NCBI GenBank assembly: GCA_913040915.1
Contig: CAJWHW010000005.1
Location: 1 to 64,000 of the forward strand
Origin: an uncultured Fidelibacterota bacterium
GTDB lineage: Bacteria; Fidelibacterota; Marinisomatia; Marinisomatales; UBA1611
Direction of reading: 5' to 3'
DNA: 64,000 nt
In this document: positions 57,558-64,000 of the stretch, piece after piece
How the letters are laid out: the number at the start of each line of letters is the position of its first letter
Numbering within the stretch: the first letter of the stretch is position 1
Translations under genes and position numbers: made by a program
Notes under the pieces: generated by a model
What the model was told of the DNA's origin: nothing
The model's input: only the letters and a program-made list of their open reading frames with translations
Databases searched by the model: none

Positions 57558-60500
57558 TTGAAAAATAAATTTATAGATCAATCACTATTTAAGATTGCTA
57601 ATGTAGATCATATTGATCCATTCCTAATGAGTATTACGAGTAGTGCTGATCATTGGATGTATCTTTCCAGTACAGGATGTCTTACCGCTGGTAGGAAAAA
57701 AGCAGAACAGGCTTTATTCCCTTATGTTACAGATGATCTCCTACACCGTAATGCTCATTTTACCGGTCCTGTAACTGTCATACGAATTAGAAAAGGAAAA
57801 AATGATTTAGTTTGGCGTCCCTTCTATGATGCTGGACAGAATTATAAAATTGAAGTAAATCTTTACAAAAACAGTTTAGGAAATACTGTACTTTTCGAAG
57901 AAAAGAACCATTCTCTGGGATTGACTTTCTTTTATAAATGGCAATCAAGTATTGAGTACGGATTTGTTAGAAAATCGACATTAGTCAATCACAGTGGTAA
58001 ATTGATTGATATAGAGTTGATAGATGGGCTGAGAAATATAATGCCTGCTGGTATTGAATTACGTACTCAGCAAGAAATGAGTAATCTGGCAAATGCTTAT
58101 AAAGTATCTGAATATACTCCAGAAACTGAATGCGCCCTGTTTTATATGAATGCACTAGTGATGGATCGACCTGAACCAGGGGAATCACTATATGCTAACC
58201 TTATTTGGTCATATTATCGTGAAAATAAGATTATTACTTTGAACGAAAAGAGTATCAATGAATTTGTAGAAAGTGGAAAAATAAAAGAAGACCACTTCAT
58301 AAAGGGGAAGCCTGGATGCTATTTAACAAAAATTAGCAAAGAACTGGAACCTAAAAATGAAATATATTGGTACACCATTGCTGATGTATCTAAAACACAA
58401 TCTGAAATAACCTATCTTATCTCCCATCTAAAAGATCCATTAAAAATTGAAAAAAAACTGGAAAAAAGTATCTTGGAGAATCACTTACTTCTTGAAAGTG
58501 CAGTTGGAGCTGCTGATGGCTTTCAATGTACCAGTGAAACAATCAATGATTACCACCATACTGCAAATTCCATGTATAACTTTTTTCGAGGTGGTATCTT
58601 TGCAAAAAATTATGATGTCCAGAAAAATGATTTTCTCAGATTTTTAGAAATCAGAAATAAATTAATTTTTGAAAAATACTTCGATGAAATAAATGCCCTT
58701 CCAAGCCAAATCAGGATGAAAGAATTGATTGAATTCGGAGATAGAATTAAAGACTCTAGTCTTAGAAGACTTTGCAGAGAATACTTACCACTTACTTTAG
58801 GTAGAAGACATGGCGACCCAAGTCGCCCTTGGAACCATTTTGAAATCCGTACTAAGGATAACCAGGGTAACCAACTTTTCTATTATGAAGGAAATTGGCG
58901 GGATATATTCCAAAATTGGGAAGCTTTAGGATATAGCTATCCTGATGCTTGGGAGTCTATGGTTGCAAAATTTCTAAATGCGACCACAGTAGATGGGTTT
59001 AATCCCTACCGTCTTACCACTGAAGGTATAGATTGGGAAGTAAGCAACCCTGAAGATCCTTGGAGTTTTATTGGCTATTGGAATGATCATCAAATCATTT
59101 ATTTATTGAAATTGCTTGAGCACCTAAAAAATAATAATCCAGACTCGATAAATAGGCTATTCAATGATTCCATATTTAGCTATGCCAATATACCCTATCG
59201 AATCAGAAACTTTAATCAAATTGTAGCCAACCCGAAAGAAACCATTGACTTTGATTTTGATAAAAATGAATCTATAAATAATAAAGTAGCTCAGTTAGGT
59301 AGTGATGGCAAACTTGTTTTATGTGAAAATGATCAGGTTTATCATGTCAATCTGATTGAAAAAATTCTAGTTCTTCTTTTAGCAAAAGTTTGCAATCTTG
59401 TACCTGGTGCTGGCATTTGGCTCAATACACAAAGGCCAGAATGGAATGATGCAAATAATGCATTGGTTGGCTCCGGTACATCTATGGTTACAGTATATTA
59501 TATGAAAAGATTCCTGTCTTTTTTTCGTTCTGTTTTGAAAAAAGTAGATTCCAAAAATATTGATATTTCAATTGAAGTAAGATACTGGTTTAATAGTGTT
59601 CATGAAGTTATTTCAGATTTCCAGAGTATAAGTGGAAACCATGAAAAAAATAACCAAAACAAAATGGAATATATCTCAAGGTTGGGCAATGCATTTTCAG
59701 AATACCGGATTATCATTTATGATAATGGTTTTAGCGGTAAACAAAAAATAGCAATTGAAGTAATCCGTGATTTCATTAATAAAATGATGGCTGAGTTAGA
59801 CCATAGCATTATGCTAAATAAGGATAGTCGTGGATCTTACCAAGCTTACAATACGATCAATATTGATAAGAAAGAAAACTCAATCAACATAAATCAATTG
59901 GGACTTATGCTGGAAGGACAGGTAGCAGCCCTGAGTTCCGGATTACCAAACATTGATGATTCGATTAAACTACTGGAATTACTATTTAATAGTGACTTGT
60001 ACCGTAAAGATATGAATAGCTTCATACTATATCCTGAAAAAGATGTGACACCATTTCTAGATAAAAATATTATTCCAACAAAAAGTATTTCAAAAAGCAG
60101 ATTACTGACAAAAATGCTACAGAATAATGATTGTTCTTTAATTGAGAAAGATATGCAAGGTTTAGTTCGATTCAACCCTGATTTAAGAAATTTGTTTGAT
60201 CTTCAGGCCAGACTTGTAAAATTGAAAACTATTGAGAATTATGAAAGCCTATTGACACAAGAGAATGACCTAATTTTGGAAATTTATGAAAATGTATTTG
60301 AACATAGAAATTATACTGGCAGATCAGGAACCATGTTTTCATACGAAGGGATTGGGTCTATTTACTGGCATATGGTTTCTAAACTTCTCCTTGCAGTACA
60401 AGAAATATATTTTACAGCGGTAAAACTAGATGAACCTGAAGAAAAAGTAAAAAGAATAGGACACCTGTATTACGATATTCGAGGTGGATTAAGTGCAGCA

Positions 60501-60974
60501 AAATCACCTGAAGAGTATGGCGCATTCCCATTTGATCCTTATTCCCACACACCTAACCACTCAGGTGCGCAACAACCGGGAATGACAGGACAAGTTAAGG
60601 AAGAAATACTTACACGATTTGGTGAACTGGGCTGTTTTGTACGTAATGGAAAAATACATTTTGATACTAGTTTGCTTAGACGATCTGAATTTCTTAATGG
60701 ATCAAAATTATTTTCTTTTTATAATATAAATGCAGTCAAAGAAAAGCTGAAAATCAATAAAAACCAGCTGGCATATACTTATTGTCAGGTACCAATAATG
60801 TATACTATTACCTCTGAAGATCCAAATATAGAACTCATAATGCAAGATGGAGCGAAAACTCAATACAATAAAAATAAAATCGATTCACATATGAGTAACT
60901 TAATCTTTCAAAGAAGTGGAAAAGTTGCACAGATTGATGTGCAAATTAATGCGGGAGATTTGTTCAAAGATTAA
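57558..60974 (+). CDS. GH149 beta-1,3-glucan phosphorylase
   Basis: ALFPY.TDD, RRHGDPSRPWN, YEGNWRDIFQNWEAL, IGYW.DHQIIY, NTQRPEWNDANNALVG, YEG.GSIYWHMVSKL, PYSHTP...GAQQPGMTGQVKE. Confidence 0.85.
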   Translation: MKNKFIDQSLFKIANVDHIDPFLMSITSSADHWMYLSSTGCLTAGRKKAEQALFPYVTDDLLHRNAHFTGPVTVIRIRKGKNDLVWRPFYDAGQNYKIEVNLYKNSLGNTVLFEEKNHSLGLTFFYKWQSSIEYGFVRKSTLVNHSGKLIDIELIDGLRNIMPAGIELRTQQEMSNLANAYKVSEYTPETECALFYMNALVMDRPEPGESLYANLIWSYYRENKIITLNEKSINEFVESGKIKEDHFIKGKPGCYLTKISKELEPKNEIYWYTIADVSKTQSEITYLISHLKDPLKIEKKLEKSILENHLLLESAVGAADGFQCTSETINDYHHTANSMYNFFRGGIFAKNYDVQKNDFLRFLEIRNKLIFEKYFDEINALPSQIRMKELIEFGDRIKDSSLRRLCREYLPLTLGRRHGDPSRPWNHFEIRTKDNQGNQLFYYEGNWRDIFQNWEALGYSYPDAWESMVAKFLNATTVDGFNPYRLTTEGIDWEVSNPEDPWSFIGYWNDHQIIYLLKLLEHLKNNNPDSINRLFNDSIFSYANIPYRIRNFNQIVANPKETIDFDFDKNESINNKVAQLGSDGKLVLCENDQVYHVNLIEKILVLLLAKVCNLVPGAGIWLNTQRPEWNDANNALVGSGTSMVTVYYMKRFLSFFRSVLKKVDSKNIDISIEVRYWFNSVHEVISDFQSISGNHEKNNQNKMEYISRLGNAFSEYRIIIYDNGFSGKQKIAIEVIRDFINKMMAELDHSIMLNKDSRGSYQAYNTINIDKKENSININQLGLMLEGQVAALSSGLPNIDDSIKLLELLFNSDLYRKDMNSFILYPEKDVTPFLDKNIIPTKSISKSRLLTKMLQNNDCSLIEKDMQGLVRFNPDLRNLFDLQARLVKLKTIENYESLLTQENDLILEIYENVFEHRNYTGRSGTMFSYEGIGSIYWHMVSKLLLAVQEIYFTAVKLDEPEEKVKRIGHLYYDIRGGLSAAKSPEEYGAFPFDPYSHTPNHSGAQQPGMTGQVKEEILTRFGELGCFVRNGKIHFDTSLLRRSEFLNGSKLFSFYNINAVKEKLKINKNQLAYTYCQVPIMYTITSEDPNIELIMQDGAKTQYNKNKIDSHMSNLIFQRSGKVAQIDVQINAGDLFKD

Positions 60975-60993
60975 TTCAATGAAAAGAATATAA

Positions 60994-62781
60994 ATGAAAA
61001 ATAAATACATAATCTTATTAACAGTTTATATGAGCTTAGGCCATGCTCAGATTGGGGATACCATTTGGGAAGAGAATTTTGATAATCTAGATAACTGGAT
61101 GAAGATTACGGGTAATGGATCGTGGGGCTGGGGAAATGGAGAACTGGAGTTTTATAAGGAAGAAAATGTCCAGATATCTGAAATTCCTAATGAAGATGGC
61201 AATAATGCTTTACACATCACAGCTAAGGAGGAATCCGGCCCTGGGGTTGTTGACCAATGGGGGAACCCATTAAACTATACATCCGGAAGAGTCACCACGA
61301 AATCAAAAGTTTCAGTTCAGTACGGAGTGATTGAAACAAGAGTGAGAGTTCCAGACTTACACCTTGGAGGATGGCCTGCAGTATGGTTGCTTGGAACATC
61401 AAATCTCAATTGGCCACGTAGCGGTGAACTTGATATGATGGAAATGGGATCTAGACAAGATTTCAGAGATTTACATGATGAACATAATGGGGGAAATGGA
61501 TTAGATAATTCAACTGTTAACCAAGTAGTAGGTGCGAATGCTATTTTTTATACAGAAGAAGCTGTAACCCCAGAGAATCCATCTGGTGCCGCTAGTATCT
61601 CTTGGGATCCTGATGATAATTATTGCAGACCATACTATAATTATGATAACCTTAATGACAGATTTCTAATATATAGAATATACTGGGATCCTGATAGTAT
61701 TCGATTTACTGTGATTGATGGTAGCGTTGAGTATGATCTATATACTGATCCATTTCCAATAGATAGTGTTAGTGCAGAATTCCAAGATCCATTTTATTTA
61801 ATAGCAAATCTAGCTATAGGGGGCACATTTACAGATACAGATTATATTGGTGGTAGCGGCCTTCCAATTTCTATGATATTCCCTGCACACATGTATGTTG
61901 ACTACATTAAAGTGATGGAATGGAACGGACAGGGTAAAGTTCATTTTGGACCGCCTACTTTTCAAGAAGGTACCTTCGGCATATTTACAGATACAACTCC
62001 AGTTGACAATCGTTTGATAGCCGGAGACGATGCAGAAATCTATGTCTGGGAAGGCACATTAACTGGAGGTAGTATTCCCCCCTACGAAGGTGAGAATGGA
62101 ATATCATGGCAAACCACTGGATTAGGCTGGTTTGGTGCAGGTATCATGTCCATGCAACCAGTCAATCTATTAAACTTTAGTGAAGGGAGTTTAAAGTTCA
62201 TGATCAAAATCCCCGCAAATGTTTCCTTCAAGATCGGAATTATTGACGCATGGGGGAACCAGTCTTATGTTGATTTTCCATCCAATCAAACTACATATGG
62301 GCTCGTTAGGGACGGAAATTGGGGACAGGCATCTATCCCGGTGATTGATATCCGAGGAGAATTTATTGATTTAAGAATGTTGAGCTATGAATTTGTCATT
62401 TTGGAAGTAAATGGTTCGGGATGTGAATTTGGGTTAGATGATATTTACTGGGAAGGCGGTGAAACCGTAAGCATTACTAAAAGCAAACTAGATAGGTCCC
62501 CAATTAAATATAGCTTAAATAATAACTATCCTAATCCTTTTAATCCATTGACAACTATCAGCTATGATTTACCGGATGATGGATTCGTAAATGTCACTAT
62601 CTACAATATGATGGGTGAAATAGTGAAAATTTTAGTGAACGAAAAACAAATCGCTGGTTTTAAATCCGTACAATGGGATGCTAATAATAGTTTTGGTAAA
62701 CCAGTGAGTGCGGGTATTTACCTATACCAAATAAAGGTTGGTGAGTATCTGCAGAATAAAAAAATGGTATTATTAAAATAA
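60994..62781 (+). CDS. GH16 glucanase with additional CBM-like module and T9SS type-A-like sorting domain
   Basis: GWGNGELEFY, YTSGRVTT, WPAVWLLG, GELDMME, NLAIGG, VDYIKV; tail NYPNPFNP...SAGIYLY...KKMVLLK. Confidence 0.9.
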   Translation: MKNKYIILLTVYMSLGHAQIGDTIWEENFDNLDNWMKITGNGSWGWGNGELEFYKEENVQISEIPNEDGNNALHITAKEESGPGVVDQWGNPLNYTSGRVTTKSKVSVQYGVIETRVRVPDLHLGGWPAVWLLGTSNLNWPRSGELDMMEMGSRQDFRDLHDEHNGGNGLDNSTVNQVVGANAIFYTEEAVTPENPSGAASISWDPDDNYCRPYYNYDNLNDRFLIYRIYWDPDSIRFTVIDGSVEYDLYTDPFPIDSVSAEFQDPFYLIANLAIGGTFTDTDYIGGSGLPISMIFPAHMYVDYIKVMEWNGQGKVHFGPPTFQEGTFGIFTDTTPVDNRLIAGDDAEIYVWEGTLTGGSIPPYEGENGISWQTTGLGWFGAGIMSMQPVNLLNFSEGSLKFMIKIPANVSFKIGIIDAWGNQSYVDFPSNQTTYGLVRDGNWGQASIPVIDIRGEFIDLRMLSYEFVILEVNGSGCEFGLDDIYWEGGETVSITKSKLDRSPIKYSLNNNYPNPFNPLTTISYDLPDDGFVNVTIYNMMGEIVKILVNEKQIAGFKSVQWDANNSFGKPVSAGIYLYQIKVGEYLQNKKMVLLK

Positions 62782-62932
62782 AATTAGCCACTGTAATTGG
62801 GCCGTAAATAATAAAGAAGAAGAATGGTCTATTTTAGATTCTGGTGCTATTACAACTGGTGAATGGTCTGATGATGGACTTATAAAAGAGGGAAAGTTAG
62901 CAAAGAATATTATTCGTAATTGGCCAAAATAA
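62777..62932 (+). pseudogene. C-terminal remnant of a GH5 (subfamily 2-like) glucanase
   Basis: Manual translation NKISHCNWAVNNKEEEWSILDSGAITTGEWSDDGLIKEGKLAKNIIRNWPK*, resembling the GH5_2 tail ISH.NW..NDK.E..S....GA...G.W....L...G...K.II.NW; no start codon. Confidence 0.7.
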
Positions 62933-63008
62933 ATGGATAAAATCCAACTCAACTTTAATAGTCATTATTTCAAATAGTTTTACAAAATAATATTAATCTT
63001 AAGAAAAT

Positions 63009-64000
63009 ATGAAAAATATATTATACATTATATTTTTATTTGAATTTATTCTAGGGCAAAATATTCAGATTAATGAAATAGTATCTTCTAATGGTATAAT
63101 GTTATATGATGAAGATGGAGATACACCGGATTGGATTGAATTATATAATATTGGTGATCAAGAAATAAATTTAAATGGTTATGGTATCACGGATGATCCT
63201 GAAAATTTATCCAAATGGATCTTCCCCTCAATAGTTATTGAGCCGAATAATTTTCTGTTAATATTTGCTTCTAATAAAAATAGAAAGGAAATTGTAACTC
63301 AATGGGATGCAGTCATAGACTGGGGAGATTCATGGCACTATTGGGTTGGTTTAAGTGAACCTGTAAATAATTGGGAATTGCCAGAAACTGATATTTCATT
63401 CTGGAATGTAGGTAACAGTGGCTTTGGCTTCGGAGATGACGATGATAACACAACTATAACTCAAACGATTAGCATTTATATAAAAAAAGAGTTTACTATT
63501 GATGATCCTTCAATTGTTAATAAACTAATATTTCATCTGGATTATGATGATGGATATGTAGCTTATTTGAACGGCATTGAATTCTCAAGAAGGAATTTAG
63601 GTCCAGCAGGATCACCAGTATATTATAATACAACAACCACTGGCCTCCACGAAGCAGAAATTTATTCTGGAGGGTCCCCCGAAACAGTGGAAATTGATCT
63701 CGCTTTATTTCCCCTTCATGAGAATACAAATACCTTAGCAATCGAAGTTCACAATTATTCTTTTAACTCTTCTGATCTAACCTGTATACCATTCCTTACA
63801 TTAGGTTATAATACAGAATTACAGAATATATCAGGACCTGATCCACTACTTAATCTTCCATCTGTACATCTTCATAGTAATTTCAAATTAAATTCGACTG
63901 GAGAGACTCTTGTAATTAGCGATTTAAATGAAGTTATTTTAGATTCAATCTCATTTGACAGCATTAAGACAAATATGTCCTTCGGCCGAAATCTTGAAGG
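63009..64000 (+). CDS. Secreted lamin-tail-domain protein (CotH-associated type), truncated by window edge
   Basis: Not in ORF track. ATG 63009: MKNILYIIFLFEFILGQNIQINEIVSSN...DEDGDTPDWIELYN...L.GY.ITDD...KW.FP...LHSNFKL...GE.L; open to the window end. Confidence 0.8.
   Translation, partial: MKNILYIIFLFEFILGQNIQINEIVSSNGIMLYDEDGDTPDWIELYNIGDQEINLNGYGITDDPENLSKWIFPSIVIEPNNFLLIFASNKNRKEIVTQWDAVIDWGDSWHYWVGLSEPVNNWELPETDISFWNVGNSGFGFGDDDDNTTITQTISIYIKKEFTIDDPSIVNKLIFHLDYDDGYVAYLNGIEFSRRNLGPAGSPVYYNTTTTGLHEAEIYSGGSPETVEIDLALFPLHENTNTLAIEVHNYSFNSSDLTCIPFLTLGYNTELQNISGPDPLLNLPSVHLHSNFKLNSTGETLVISDLNEVILDSISFDSIKTNMSFGRNLE

Larger units (their letters stand above)
33778..62932. other. Laminarin/beta-1,3-glucan utilisation locus (divergent arms around LacI)
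   Basis: Co-located 3x GH16, GH30, GH1, GH149, family-5 ABC importer, TonB-dependent receptor, CBM-like repeat protein and LacI. Confidence 0.85.

Noticed and set aside
391..63741. Short antisense or nested ORFs in the ORF track (e.g. 6934-7221, 17213-17509, 24663-25034, 50834-51199, 63517-63741)
   Set aside because: They lie inside well-supported genes on the opposite strand or in another frame and have no recognisable motifs; treated as shadow ORFs
1..64000. CRISPR arrays, prophage, IS elements, rRNA or defence systems
   Set aside because: No regularly spaced nucleotide repeats, mobile-element genes or rRNA-like segments seen; all observed repeats are protein-level

Overview
AT-rich, gene-dense bacterial window from a diderm organism. 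The T9SS-type C-terminal sorting domains, C-terminal dockerin-like domains, PorV-like barrel and TonB-dependent receptor suggest the FCB superphylum, most plausibly a marine Marinimicrobia/Marinisomatota-like genome; this assignment is inference. Positions 1-33.7 kb hold housekeeping and envelope genes: yhhQ-like transporter, queD-like, nth, eukaryote-type citrate synthase, a HAD + cytidylyltransferase + 3x TagF-like + MsbA-like cluster, hemW, amn, xth, grxD, tRNA-Glu, secreted S8/M14/C25 peptidases and a CarH-like regulator. Positions 33.8-62.9 kb form a divergent, LacI-associated beta-1,3-glucan (laminarin) utilisation locus with three intact GH16s, GH1, GH30, a GH149 phosphorylase and a family-5 ABC importer. 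Its outer-membrane module has no SusD: a TonB-dependent receptor is translationally coupled to an 1167-aa protein with a variant C-terminal sorting domain and to a PorV-like barrel, followed by a SurA/PrsA-like lipoprotein. Manual reading found further structure that the ORF track misses. This includes a circularly permuted PA14 domain inserted inside a GH16, truncated glycoside-hydrolase remnants at both borders of the locus (GH16 and GH5_2), an ornithine-cyclodeaminase remnant, a CarH-like protein lacking its cobalamin ligands, and a QueD-like protein with Asp in place of the catalytic Cys. All family calls come from motif recognition by eye, not from database searches.
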